Made by a program: the position numbers and the translations under genes. The notes under the pieces were generated by a model. That model was not told where the DNA came from. It was given only the letters and a program-made list of their open reading frames with translations, and did no database searches. This document shows, one piece after another, positions 16,014 to 26,275 of a DNA stretch of 64,000 nt. The stretch lies in assembly GCA_963783385.1 (NCBI GenBank), contig CAWANJ010000009.1, positions 211,976 to 275,975 on the forward strand. The letters run 5' to 3'. This DNA comes from an uncultured Gemmatimonadales bacterium (GTDB taxonomy: Bacteria; Gemmatimonadota; Gemmatimonadetes; Palauibacterales; Palauibacteraceae). Each line of letters starts with the position of its first letter. Position 1 is the first letter of the stretch.

Positions 16014-18869
16014 CTACGCTTGCACGGTACCGGAAGTCGACGCGGCCAGCGTCTTCGCCAGGTGGTCCAGCGCCGCCTCCACGTCACCCATGAGGTGCAC
16101 GCGGACCACGGCACGGCCGGCGTCGCGCAGGGCGCTCAGGTCGCCGAGCGACTGGGCCCGGTGGAGGGTGGCGAACCCGAACGGACAACCGGGGATGGGC
16201 AGGTCCGCGGCCTCGTCGGCCGTGAGAATCACGAAGCGGCCGGTGTCGGGTCCGCCCTTGTGGAGCTGGCCGGTCGAGTGCAGGTAGCGGGGCCCGTACC
16301 CCAGCGTGGTGGCAATCCCGAGCCGGTCACGGAGCCCCTGGCGCAGGCGCTCCAGGCGCGCCTCGCGCCCGGGCGTGCGCTGTACGTAGGCCAGCAGCGC
16401 CAGGTAGTCACCCGGGCGGGCAGCATCCAGGAAGGCGGCCAGGCGCCCGCCCGGACCGCCGTCCTCGAGTCCGTCCTCGGCGTAGAGCGCCAGTCGCTCG
16501 TCCTCGGCGACCGGCGTGCCCTCGTCGAAGGAGCCACGGTCCTCCCACGCCTCGAGCAGCTCGCGCGTGCGGCGCTTGGCCGCCTCCACGTTGGGCTGGT
16601 CGAAGGCGTCGATGCCGAGGATGGAGCCCGCCGTCGCCGTGGCCATCTCCCACCGGTAGAACTCGGCCCCCAGACCCAGGGTGTCCTTCATCACGAGGCG
16701 AACCACGGGGTGGCCCGCCTCCTCGAGGGCGTCGAGCTTGCGGGATCGGTCGGCGTCCTCCTCGCCTGTCGTGCGCAGGTGCACGAACACGCGGTCGTCT
16801 CCGTACACGTCCGGATCCCCGAGCGGCTCGCCCTCGATTGGAACGAGGCCGGTGCCCTCCTTTCCCGTGCTCTCGGCCAGGAGCTGCTCGGCCCACGCGC
16901 CGAAGGCCGAGAGGGCGTCGGAGGTCACGAAGGTGACCTTGTCACGCCCCCGGCGGGCCAGCCGGCCGAGGACGGCACCGAGCTCGATGCCGGGGTTGGC
17001 CCCCGGCGGGAGCTCCGCGGCGCAGCTGCTGCGCATGCGCTCGGCCCGCTCGAGCAGGGTCTCGACATCGACACCCTGCAGCGCCATGGGGACGAGTCCG
17101 AAGTACGAGAGCGCCGAATAGCGGCCCCCGAAGTCGGTGGGGTTCTCGAACACGCGCCGGAACCCACGCTCGCGGCCTTCCTCGGCCAGGGGGGAGCCCG
17201 GGTCGGTGATCGCCGCGAAGCGGGACCCCGTCTCCCGGCCGATCGCCTCCTCCAGCCACGCGTAGAAGGTGTGCGCCAGGCTGAGGGTCTCGGTCGTCGT
17301 GCCCGACTTGCTCGACACGAGGAAGAAAGACTTCTCGAGATCGATCGCGTCCCGGACGGCCCGCACCGCGTCGGGGTCGGTGTCGTCGAGGACGGTGAGG
17401 GTCGGCCAGCCGTCGGCCGATCCGAAGGTGGCGCGGCTCACGTCCGGTGCGAGGCTGCTCCCCCCCATTCCAAGGAGGACGACATCCCGGAAGCCCGCGT
17501 CCCGGATCTCGCCGGCGAAGGATCGGATCTCCCCGAGCTTCGCCATGAAGTCCGCGGGGGCGGTGAGCCAGCCCAGCCGGTCCCGCACCTCCGCAGCCTT
17601 GTCCGGATCGTCGGTCCACAGGGAGGCGTCCTTCGCGAACAGGCGCCGTCCGAACTGACGGGTGCCGAGGGCCTGGAGCACGTCGTCGACTCCGCGCCGG
17701 GCGGCACCGAGGGCCAGCGCCTGGCTCTCGCCCGAACGCCGGAGCGAGCGGGCCCGCTCCCGGGCCACGGTGGACAGGAGCTGGTCGAAGGGGGCGATGA
17801 ACTTCTGCACCCCCTCGTTCATGAGCTGCCACGTGACGGCGTCGAAGTCGACGCCGGCCTCGCGCAGCCGGTCCATGGTGCGGCGGGCCTCGTCCATCCC
17901 GTCCGTCACCGTGTCGGCGACCGTGCCGTGGTCGGCGAAGGCGTCAATGGTAGCGTCGGGCAGGGTGTTCACCGTGTGCGGACCGATCAGGGGCTGGACG
18001 TAGCGCACGTCGCTGTACAGGGGGTCCTTGGTGCTGGTCGAGGCCCACAGCATGCGCTGGGGTCGGGCGCCCGCCTTCTCGAGCCGCCTCCAGCGGTCTC
18101 CCTCCAGGAGGTCGAGGAAGCTCCGGTAGGCGAGCTTCGCGTTGGCGATGCCGGCCCTTCCGAGGAGCTCCTCCGGGCGGAGCCCGGCGGTGGATCCCGG
18201 GATGATGTGGTGACCCAGGATCTCATCCACGAGGACGTCGATGCGGCTGATGAAGAAGCTGGCCACCGAGGCCACGTCGTGCACCGACTTCCCCTCCTTC
18301 AGCCGGCGCTCCAGGGCCGACACGTACGCCTTGGCCACGGCCTCGTAGGCGTCGATCGAGAACAGGAGGGTGATGTTCACGTTGACCCCCTCGTACAGCA
18401 TCTGCTCGATGGCGGGCGTCCCGGCCGGCGTGCCGGGGATCTTGATGAGCAGGTTCGGACGGTCCACCGCCTCGAACAGCCGCCGGGCGTCCCGCATGGA
18501 GCCCTCGGTGTCGTGCGCCAGGTATGGCGACAGCTCGAGGCTCACGAACCCGTCGGCTCCGTCGGACCCGTCGTAGACGGGCCGCAGGATGTCGCACGCG
18601 TCCCGGATGTCGGCCAGCACGAGCTGCTCGTAGATCTCGTACGGACCCAGGCCCTCCCGGGCGAGCTCGTCGATCTGCTCGGCGTACTCCTCGCCGCCCG
18701 AGATCGCCTTGTGGAAGATGGAGGGGTTGGAGGTGAGGCCCCGGAGGCCCTGCTCCGAGACCCGCCGCTCGAGCTCGCCGCTCCGGATCTTCCCCCGGGT
18801 CAGGTTGTCGAGCCAGTAGGACTGTCCGTACTCCAGGAGCTCCAGGAGAGGGTTCGTCTGGTCAGCCAT
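16014..18869 (-). CDS. tal-pgi: Bifunctional transaldolase / glucose-6-phosphate isomerase fusion
   Basis: Tal domain: WLDNL, TSNPSIF, LIKIPGT (Schiff-base Lys), NITLLFS, LWAST. Pgi domain: GMGGS, SKSGTT.ET, GGRYS, QLLAESTGK, FDQPNVEAAK. One continuous frame. Confidence 0.96.
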   Translation of the reverse strand: MADQTNPLLELLEYGQSYWLDNLTRGKIRSGELERRVSEQGLRGLTSNPSIFHKAISGGEEYAEQIDELAREGLGPYEIYEQLVLADIRDACDILRPVYDGSDGADGFVSLELSPYLAHDTEGSMRDARRLFEAVDRPNLLIKIPGTPAGTPAIEQMLYEGVNVNITLLFSIDAYEAVAKAYVSALERRLKEGKSVHDVASVASFFISRIDVLVDEILGHHIIPGSTAGLRPEELLGRAGIANAKLAYRSFLDLLEGDRWRRLEKAGARPQRMLWASTSTKDPLYSDVRYVQPLIGPHTVNTLPDATIDAFADHGTVADTVTDGMDEARRTMDRLREAGVDFDAVTWQLMNEGVQKFIAPFDQLLSTVARERARSLRRSGESQALALGAARRGVDDVLQALGTRQFGRRLFAKDASLWTDDPDKAAEVRDRLGWLTAPADFMAKLGEIRSFAGEIRDAGFRDVVLLGMGGSSLAPDVSRATFGSADGWPTLTVLDDTDPDAVRAVRDAIDLEKSFFLVSSKSGTTTETLSLAHTFYAWLEEAIGRETGSRFAAITDPGSPLAEEGRERGFRRVFENPTDFGGRYSALSYFGLVPMALQGVDVETLLERAERMRSSCAAELPPGANPGIELGAVLGRLARRGRDKVTFVTSDALSAFGAWAEQLLAESTGKEGTGLVPIEGEPLGDPDVYGDDRVFVHLRTTGEEDADRSRKLDALEEAGHPVVRLVMKDTLGLGAEFYRWEMATATAGSILGIDAFDQPNVEAAKRRTRELLEAWEDRGSFDEGTPVAEDERLALYAEDGLEDGGPGGRLAAFLDAARPGDYLALLAYVQRTPGREARLERLRQGLRDRLGIATTLGYGPRYLHSTGQLHKGGPDTGRFVILTADEAADLPIPGCPFGFATLHRAQSLGDLSALRDAGRAVVRVHLMGDVEAALDHLAKTLAASTSGTVQA

Positions 18870-18895
18870 GTCGCGTCGTCTCGTCCTCGGCAATG

Positions 18896-18941
18896 CCGAC
18901 CTCGCGTCCGCCGCGGCGAGAGTCCCCGCGGCGTCGGTCGG
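18896..18941. other. Intergenic GC hairpin between rpiB and tal-pgi
   Basis: CGCCGCGG (18909-18916) pairs with CCGCGGCG (18926-18933); outer stem CCGACC (18896-18901) with GGTCGG (18936-18941). Confidence 0.45.
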
Positions 18942-18947
18942 GGCCGG

Positions 18948-19412
18948 TCAGGATTCCTCCATGCACATCGTCTCGCGTTCGATGGCCTCCACCTTGGCGA
19001 GGCGGCGCCGGTGCCGCTCGGCGCCGTCGAACCGCGCGGCCATGAACGTCGTGAGCACCTCCCGGGCAAGTTCGATTCCAATCACCCTCTCGCCCAGGCA
19101 GAGCACGTTCATGTCGTCGTGCTCGACCCCCTGGTGCGCGGAGTAGGTGTCGTGGCACACACCGGCGCGGACGCCCGGGAACTTGTTGGCGGCGATGCTG
19201 ACCCCCACGGCGCTTCCGCACACCAGCAGGCCACGCTCCGCCCGTCCCGCCACCAGCGCCCGCGCCACCGCCGCGGCGAAGTCCGGGAAGTCGACCGGCG
19301 CCTCCCCGTCCGTCCCCAGGTCCAGGACGTCGTGTCCGGCCTCGCGGAGCTGCTCGGCCAGGGCCTCCTTGTAGCGATAGCCCGCGTGGTCGGCTCCGAC
19401 CGCCACCCGCAC
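18948..19412 (-). CDS. rpiB: Ribose-5-phosphate isomerase B
   Basis: VAVGADHAG, CGSAVG, ANKFPGVRA, HDDMNVLCLG and RHRRR motifs. GTG 19412 with a GGAGG RBS just past the tkt stop. Confidence 0.95.
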   Translation of the reverse strand: MRVAVGADHAGYRYKEALAEQLREAGHDVLDLGTDGEAPVDFPDFAAAVARALVAGRAERGLLVCGSAVGVSIAANKFPGVRAGVCHDTYSAHQGVEHDDMNVLCLGERVIGIELAREVLTTFMAARFDGAERHRRRLAKVEAIERETMCMEES

Positions 19413-19414
19413 GG

Positions 19415-21496
19415 TCAGGCCTCCAGCAGGGCGCGCGCCCTGCGTGCCAGGTCGCCGGCCGTGAAGCCGAAATGCTCGTACAGCACCTTCCAGGGCGCGC
19501 TGGCCCCGAAGCGGTCCAGCCCGATCACGTCGCCCGCGTCGCCGACCCACTCGCGCCAGCCGAAGGACGCGGCCGCCTCGATGGACACCCGCGCCGTCAC
19601 CTCCGGCGGCAGCACCCGCTCCCGGTAGTCGGGCGGCTGCTCGCGGAACACCTCCCAGCATGGAAGGCTCACCACCCGCGCGTCGATCCCCTCGCCGGCC
19701 AGCTGCTCGCGCGCCTCCAGGGCGATCCACACCTCGGAGCCCGTGGCCAGGAGGAGCACGTCCGGCCGCTCGCCGCGCTCGGCCGCCAGAACGTACCCGC
19801 CGCGGCGGGCTTCCTCGGCCGCGCCCAGCCCCGCGCGGTCGAGGATCGGCAGCTTCTGGCGCGACAGCACGAGCATGGTGGGGCCATCCTGGCGCTCCAT
19901 GGCCATGCGCCAGGCCACCGCAGTCTCGTTGGCGTCGGCGGGCCGGATGACGTGCATGTGGGGCATGGCCCGCAGCGAGGCCAGGTGCTCCACGGGCTGG
20001 TGAGTGGGCCCGTCCTGGCCGAGCCCGATGGAGTCGTGCGTCATGATGAACACGGTCGGCAGCTCCATGAGCGCCGACAGCCGGATGCCGGGCCGCGCGT
20101 AGTCCGTGAACACGAAGAAGGTGGCCGCGTACGGGCGCACGCCGCCGTGGAGGGCCATGCCGGAGGACGCGGACGCCATGACGTGCTCGCGGATCCCCCA
20201 GTGCATGTTACGCTGGCCGTAGGAGCCCGCCTCGAAGTCCCCGGAGGCGTCCAGGAGCGACTTGTTGGAGCCGGCCAGGTCGGCGCTGCCCCCCATGACC
20301 CACGGGACCCGCTCCGCGAAGGCGTTGAGCACCTTCCCGGAGGCCGCGCGCGTCGCCATCGGGCCCTGGTCGGGTCGGAAGACGGGGATCGCCCCGTCCC
20401 AGCCGTCCGGTAGCTCGCCGCGCAGGGCCTGCTCGAAGGAAGCCGCCAGGTCCGGGTGGTCCCTCCGGTAGGCCTCCAGCCGTGCCTCCCAGGCCTCCCG
20501 CAGGTCGCGGCCCCGCTCCACGGCCCGCCCCATGTGCTCCCGCGCGCGCACAGGGACCAGGAACTTCGCGTCCTCGGGCCAGCCGTAGAAGCGCTTGGTC
20601 TCGCGGATCTCCTCCTCGCCGAGCGGCGAGCCGTGCGCGGCCGCGGTGTCCTGCTTGTGCGGCGCGCCCCATCCGATGTGGGAGCGCACGATGATGAGCG
20701 AGGGCCGCTCGGTCTCGTCGCGCGCCGTCTCCAGCGCCGCCGTGAGAGCGTCCACGTCGTTGGCCTTGTCGCCCAGCTCCTGCACGTGCCAGCCATACGC
20801 CTCGAAGCGGCCGGGCACGTCGTCGGAGTAGGCCAGCTTCGTGTTTCCCTCGATCGTGATGTGGTTGTCGTCGTAGACCCATACCAGCTTGCCCAGCCCC
20901 AGGTGGCCGGCGACCGAGGCCGCTTCGTGGGAGGCTCCCTCCATGAGGTCGCCGTCGCTGCAGAAGGCGTAGGTGTGGTGGTCCACGATGGTGTGACCGG
21001 GCCGGTTGAAGGTCGCGGCCAGGTGCGCCTCGGCGATGGCCATGCCGACCGAGTTCATGATGCCCTGGCCCAGGGGGCCGGTGGTGGTCTCGACGCCTGG
21101 CGTCACGTGGACCTCGGGGTGCCCGGGCGTCCGGCTCCCCCACTCCCGGAAGTTCTCGAGCTCCTCGAGCGACAGGTCGTAGCCGGTGAGGTGGAGGACG
21201 GCGTACTGCAGCATCGACGCGTGCCCGCAGGAGAGGACGAACCGGTCGCGGTCGAACCAGTCCGGCGCCTTCGGGTCGTAGCGGAGGACCCGGTCCCACA
21301 GGACGAAGGCCAGGGGGGCCAGCGCCATCGGCGTCCCCGGGTGGCCCGAGTCCGCCTTCTGCACGGCGTCCATGGCCAGGGTGCGGATCGTGTCGATGCA
21401 GAGCTTCTCGATGGGCCAGCCGTCGAGGTCGGGAGATCGGGCGCCGGCTGTCCCGGCCTGGTCCGTCGCGGTGGTGGCGCTGTCGGTCTCGCTCAA
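19415..21496 (-). CDS. tkt: Transketolase
   Basis: [25 protein letters not shown] (TPP motif), GSADL and [16 protein letters not shown] motifs. TTG start with a GGGAG RBS. Confidence 0.97.
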   Translation of the reverse strand: MSETDSATTATDQAGTAGARSPDLDGWPIEKLCIDTIRTLAMDAVQKADSGHPGTPMALAPLAFVLWDRVLRYDPKAPDWFDRDRFVLSCGHASMLQYAVLHLTGYDLSLEELENFREWGSRTPGHPEVHVTPGVETTTGPLGQGIMNSVGMAIAEAHLAATFNRPGHTIVDHHTYAFCSDGDLMEGASHEAASVAGHLGLGKLVWVYDDNHITIEGNTKLAYSDDVPGRFEAYGWHVQELGDKANDVDALTAALETARDETERPSLIIVRSHIGWGAPHKQDTAAAHGSPLGEEEIRETKRFYGWPEDAKFLVPVRAREHMGRAVERGRDLREAWEARLEAYRRDHPDLAASFEQALRGELPDGWDGAIPVFRPDQGPMATRAASGKVLNAFAERVPWVMGGSADLAGSNKSLLDASGDFEAGSYGQRNMHWGIREHVMASASSGMALHGGVRPYAATFFVFTDYARPGIRLSALMELPTVFIMTHDSIGLGQDGPTHQPVEHLASLRAMPHMHVIRPADANETAVAWRMAMERQDGPTMLVLSRQKLPILDRAGLGAAEEARRGGYVLAAERGERPDVLLLATGSEVWIALEAREQLAGEGIDARVVSLPCWEVFREQPPDYRERVLPPEVTARVSIEAAASFGWREWVGDAGDVIGLDRFGASAPWKVLYEHFGFTAGDLARRARALLEA

Positions 21497-21533
21497 GTCG
21501 TGACTCCCGTTTAGGACTCGCGTGGCGCGGCTC

Positions 21534-21576
21534 GGCGGGGCGCTCCCGCCGCGACGGCTACGGCCGCGGCCGTAGC
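21534..21576. promoter_or_regulatory. Tandem hairpin plus 20-bp perfect palindrome upstream of tkt
   Basis: GGCGGGG-CGC-TCCCGCC at 21534-21550; GCTACGGCCGCGGCCGTAGC at 21557-21576 is its own reverse complement. Confidence 0.4.
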
Positions 21577-21704
21577 GCCGGGCGAGAGGCGATCCCTCCT
21601 TCGATATCCGCACTCCCCATCCGGCGCAAGAATGTCGCCAGCCGACGCGGACCGGAGGTGCGACCGCCGCCCCACGGCCGGCGCGTCCATCCGGCCCTCC
21701 CGTC

Positions 21705-24107
21705 TCACCGCGGCGGGACCACCTGCACCTCGAAGTCGCGGCCCTCCCACCGGTCGGCCTCGGTCCAGTGGAACGTGAAGGTGAGCGGGGCGCCGTCGGC
21801 CTTCCCGCCCTGCAGGTCGACGTAGTGGAGCCCGAGCGCCGTCGCCGTGGCGTCCGTGTCCCGGACCGTGGTCCAGCCGTCGTCGCTCCACCGGAGGCGG
21901 AAGGGCGCGGCCGCCACGATCCGGAGCTCCCATCCCTCGGGAACCGTCCGGGGCTGCCGGTTGAACTTCCACACCTCCAGGGGGCGGCAGTCCTTCCGGT
22001 TCACGTACCGGTCCCGCACGGCCGGGATCACGTCGAACACCTCTCCATCGGCCGCCGAGCGCAGCAGCTTCACGTACTCGCCGTGCGCCCACATGAGTGG
22101 CATGGCCGAACCGGTAGGGCAGCCCCGGAACAGAAACGCCTCGGGCACATCGTCGGCGTCCCACACCTGCTCCGGCAGGAGCCCGGTCGTGCTCGAGAAT
22201 CCCTCCATGGCCGCGATGTAGGGGGCCGGGTCACGGCCGGCCGCGAGCTCGTAATGGCCCCTCTCGCCCGTGAGGAGCGGCCAGGCGCGCCCCCGGCCCC
22301 AGCTCAGGTACGGTCCCCCGTCGTCCCGCTGGCCGTAGCCATCGTGGTTGTATCGGTGCCAGCACGGGCCGAAGGGGGTCTCCACCCGGAGCACGGCGTC
22401 GACCACCCGAAGGGAGTCCTCGAACAGGGGATCGCCGGCCGGGAAGATGCCGTAGCGGACCAGCTCGAGGAAGCCCGCGTCCACGACCTTCTCGGCGGGA
22501 AAGCGGACGGGCGTCCCGGGAGGACGGTTGGCGATGGTCACGGTGCGCCCGTCCGGGCTCTCGGGCGGGTGGGGATCGTCGGGGTCGGCCGGGTTCACCC
22601 GCACGAAGTGGCGCGGGACGTCGGGCAGCAGGTCGCCGTGCTCGGTGACGGTCCACCGCGTCACGTGGCAGTGCAGGAAGTCGGCGTAAGCCTCGAGGAA
22701 GTCGGCCGTGGTCGCGTCGCCCCGCGCGCGCGCCATGCACGAGGCGCAGGTGAGCGCCGCGATGTTCGAGGCGAGGGTGGAGGGGGAGTAGCCGGACACC
22801 TCCTCCCAGCGGTCCTGGGGCGTCACCGGGCCCTCGCGCATCAGGTAAGCTGCCGCGTCCAGCACCATGGGGTACGGGTCGAAGCCCTCGAGCGCACCCA
22901 GGGTGTCGAGCCGCCACGCCAGCAGGATGGGAAACGCGGTCTCGTCCAGCTGGATCCCCTGCCAGTACGCCGTGCCGTCCAGCCAGAAGTTCTGGTTGAA
23001 GCCCCCGTCGGGGCGCTGCACGCCGGCCAGGTAGATGAGGGCCCGGAGAGGAGTGGACACGTTGCCGGAGGCGAGGAGGGCGGTGGCGCTGTTCACCATG
23101 TCCCGGGTCCACACGAGGTGGTAGCCGCCCAGGTCGTCGTCGCCCATGTAGTCGCCCCACGGGATGCTGAGCGAGGCGATGAGAGCGCCCGGATAGGTCT
23201 TGTCCTCGTGGGCGAGCAGGAGGCTGTGGCTTCGCTCGTACAGGTGGCCCCCGTCCCCGGAGGCTCCTCCCAGGGAAATCATGTCATGGCACGCCCGGGT
23301 CCACTGGTCCTGGAAGCGGTCCAGCAGCTCCTCGGGATCCAGGGCGAGAGACTCGAGGAGCACGGTGATGGCGGCCTGCAGGCTGTCGCCGAAGGCGAGC
23401 CCCAGCGTGAACGGCTCGCCGGGGACGAACTCGATCTGTCCGGTGACGGCCGTGTTGCCGTCCGGAGCCGAGTCGTACTCCCATTCCATGTCCATGTCAT
23501 CGGACAGGTCCGTCCAGCCGTCCGACGTGCCGACGTATCCGCACGACGTCCGGGCCAGGGGCACCGTGGCTCCGAGGGCGAGCCACGTGCCGCCCCGATG
23601 GGCGGTGAGGATGGTCCGTCCGGCCGCGCGCGCCACGTTCGCCGTGTTGTGTCGACCGCCCACGTCGAGGTGCGGGGCCAGGAGGGCGTAGAGCTTCGCC
23701 TCTCCCTCGATCCCCTCCGCCGGCTCGAACCAGGTCCGGGTGAGGACACAGGGAGCGTGCGGATCGGCGAACAGCTCCTTGACGATCCGGTAGCGGCCCT
23801 CAGGGTCCTGGTTCACGATCCGGTAGCCGAGAGGGTGCCCGTCGAGCGACTCCATGTGAGTGTCGGTGTTCCGGCGCTCGTCGTGGAAGAAGCTGTGCCC
23901 GTCGGTGACCATGAACTGGAGGTCCCTGATCTGGGGCCGGTCGATGGTGGGGAAGTAGACCTCGTTCAGGATCCCGGCCGATACGGTGAACCACACCTTG
24001 CTCGACACGGCGTACGCGGTTCCGACGCCCTCCTTCGCGCTACGGGTCCAGCGCGGCTCGATGCCGGGGGCGCCGTGCGCCGGCTTCGAGTGCTTGAGAT
24101 CGGCCAT
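21705..24107 (-). CDS. Glucan 1,4-alpha-glucosidase (GH15 glucoamylase with N-terminal glucodextranase-like domain)
   Basis: [39 protein letters not shown] and LLPEQVWD motifs; GGGAGG RBS. Confidence 0.93.
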   Translation of the reverse strand: MADLKHSKPAHGAPGIEPRWTRSAKEGVGTAYAVSSKVWFTVSAGILNEVYFPTIDRPQIRDLQFMVTDGHSFFHDERRNTDTHMESLDGHPLGYRIVNQDPEGRYRIVKELFADPHAPCVLTRTWFEPAEGIEGEAKLYALLAPHLDVGGRHNTANVARAAGRTILTAHRGGTWLALGATVPLARTSCGYVGTSDGWTDLSDDMDMEWEYDSAPDGNTAVTGQIEFVPGEPFTLGLAFGDSLQAAITVLLESLALDPEELLDRFQDQWTRACHDMISLGGASGDGGHLYERSHSLLLAHEDKTYPGALIASLSIPWGDYMGDDDLGGYHLVWTRDMVNSATALLASGNVSTPLRALIYLAGVQRPDGGFNQNFWLDGTAYWQGIQLDETAFPILLAWRLDTLGALEGFDPYPMVLDAAAYLMREGPVTPQDRWEEVSGYSPSTLASNIAALTCASCMARARGDATTADFLEAYADFLHCHVTRWTVTEHGDLLPDVPRHFVRVNPADPDDPHPPESPDGRTVTIANRPPGTPVRFPAEKVVDAGFLELVRYGIFPAGDPLFEDSLRVVDAVLRVETPFGPCWHRYNHDGYGQRDDGGPYLSWGRGRAWPLLTGERGHYELAAGRDPAPYIAAMEGFSSTTGLLPEQVWDADDVPEAFLFRGCPTGSAMPLMWAHGEYVKLLRSAADGEVFDVIPAVRDRYVNRKDCRPLEVWKFNRQPRTVPEGWELRIVAAAPFRLRWSDDGWTTVRDTDATATALGLHYVDLQGGKADGAPLTFTFHWTEADRWEGRDFEVQVVPPR

Positions 24108-24288
24108 CCGTCCTCCCTATCGTTGACACGCCGGCGACCCCCCGTTCCCCCGGGGCGCGCCGGACGGGCGTGGCGCCTCCGGCGCAAATCCTGCGCCCGC
24201 GCGAAAGTGCGAGGGCCCGCGCCGCCACGCCGCCTGGCGGGTGCCGCGGGAGACCAGGAACCGCAGGACGGAGGACGCGATCTCACCC
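24108..24288. promoter_or_regulatory. Divergent promoter region between the glucoamylase/PPP arm and the glgE arm
   Basis: 181-bp gap between divergent starts. TTGACA at 24123-24128 has no good -10 partner. Confidence 0.45.
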
Positions 24289-26275
24289 GTGACCACTGTG
24301 CCCGATGACGGCCGACGGAGAGTCGTGATCGAGGGTGTCGAGCCGCAGATCGAGGCGGGCCGCCACCCCATCAAGCGGGTGGCGGGGGACCCGGTCACGG
24401 TCAGGGCCGACGTGTTCGCCGACGGCCACGAGCAGGTGACCTGCGAGCTCCTCCACCGGCCAGCCGAGCGTCCGGAGCTGGCGCTCGGTGCGCATGCATC
24501 CGCTGGGCAACGACCGCTTCGAGGCCAGCTTCGAGACCTCCGCCGTGGGTGAGCACCTGTACACGGTGCGGGGCCGGGTCGACGCGTTCTCCACGTGGCG
24601 CGACGACCTCGAGAAGAGGGTCGACGCCGGACAGGTGGTCGACCAGGAGCTGCTCGTCGGCGCCTCGCTGGTCGAGTCGGCGGCCGCGCGCGCCCGCGAA
24701 GCGGGACACCCCGGCGAGGCGGATCGGCTGACCGAGCTGGCGGCGCGGATCGCACGGAACGGAGGGACCGCCTCCGCGCTCGAGAACAGCCTCTCGGTGG
24801 CCCTGAGCGCCGAGCTCTCCCACCTGATGGCCGACCACCCGGACGACGCCCATGCCACGCTCTACGAGCGCGAGCTGCGCGTGACCGTGGACCGGGAGCG
24901 CGCCGGATTCAGCGCATGGTACGAGCTGTTTCCCCGGTCGTGCGCCGGGGAGCCGGGACGGCACGGGACCTTCCGTGACGTCGAGCGTCTCCTGCCCCGC
25001 GTCGGCGACATGGGCTTCGACGTGCTCTACCTGCCGCCGATCCACCCGATCGGCAGGACGAATCGCAAAGGGCCTGACAACCGGTCGGAGGCGCGTCCGG
25101 GCGACCCGGGAAGCCCCTGGGCCATCGGCTCGAGGGAGGGCGGCCACAAGGCGGTCCACCCCGACCTGGGCACCATCGAGGACTTCGAGGCCCTGGTCGA
25201 GTCCGCCCGGACGGAAGGACTGGAGATAGCCCTCGACCTGGCGTTCCAGTGCTCCCCGGACCATCCGTACGTGCGCGACCACCCCGAATGGTTCCGGCAT
25301 CGGCCCGACGGGTCGATCCGGCACGCCGAGAACCCGCCCAAGCGGTACGAGGACATCGTGCCCTTCGACTTCGAGTGCGAAACGTGGCGGGCTCTCTGGG
25401 AGGAGCTGCTGTCGGTGGTGAGGTTCTGGATGGCGCGGGGTGTCCGCATCTTCCGCGTGGACAACCCCCATACCAAGCCGTTCGCGTTCTGGGAATGGCT
25501 CCTGGGCCGCGTGCGGGAGACCGACCCGGATGTTCTCTTCCTCTCCGAGGCCTTCACGCGTCCCAGGGTCATGTATCGGCTGGCCGCCCTCGGCATGACG
25601 CAGTCCTACACCTACTTCACGTGGCGGAACCACAAGGCGGAGCTCCAAGAGTACTTCACCGAGCTCGCCGCTTCGCCCGTGCGGGAGTACTTCAGGCCCA
25701 ACCTGTGGCCCAACACACCCGACATCCTGCATGAGTACCTGCAGTCGGGCGGACCTCCGGCCTTCAGGGTGCGTGCCCTCCTGGCCGCCACGCTGGCGGC
25801 CAACTGGGGCATCTACGGCCCGGCCTTCGAGCTGTGCGAGAACGTACCGCGCCAGGCGGGCAGCGAGGAGTATCTGCACTCGGACAAGTACGAGATCCGG
25901 GTGCGGCAGGAGGGAGACCCCCACGGCGTCGCGGCTCTCGTCGGCCGGCTCAACCGCATCCGCCGCGAGCATCCCGCGCTCCGGAGCGACCGGGGCCTGG
26001 TCTTCCACGAGGTCGACGATGACCAGCTGCTGGCTTACAGCAGGTGCGACGCGGACGGGAAGGACCGCCTCCTGGTCGTCGTGAACCTGGATCCGTTCCA
26101 CGCTCACGAGGGCTTCGTCGAGCTGGACTTCGAGCCGCTCCACCTCGGGGTGGACGCCGATGTCCGGGTCGAGGACCTGCTCACCGGAGAGTCGTTCGCG
26201 TGGCACGGCGCCCGCAACTGGGTGAGGCTCGACCCGGCCGAGCGCCTGGGCCATCTGTTCCGGGTGGAGGGCTAG
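24289..26275 (+). CDS. glgE: Alpha-1,4-glucan:maltose-1-phosphate maltosyltransferase GlgE; frameshifted near 24457-24479
   Basis: N-terminus RVVIEGVEPQIEAGRHPIKRVAG...ADVFADGH in one frame. Remainder (SAWYELFPRS, YLPPIHPIG, FRVDNPHTKP, LSEAFTRP, NTPDIL) in the next frame. Confidence 0.93.

Noticed and set aside
21601-21612. GATATC upstream of tkt as a third copy of the ATCACWTGATATC motif
   Set aside because: Only the 6-bp core matches; the ATCAC half is absent on both strands.
24171-24188. Sigma54-like TGGCGC...GC spacing upstream of glgE
   Set aside because: GG-N10-GC spacing is right, but the TTGC core is GCGC, and such matches are common at this GC content; not called as a promoter.
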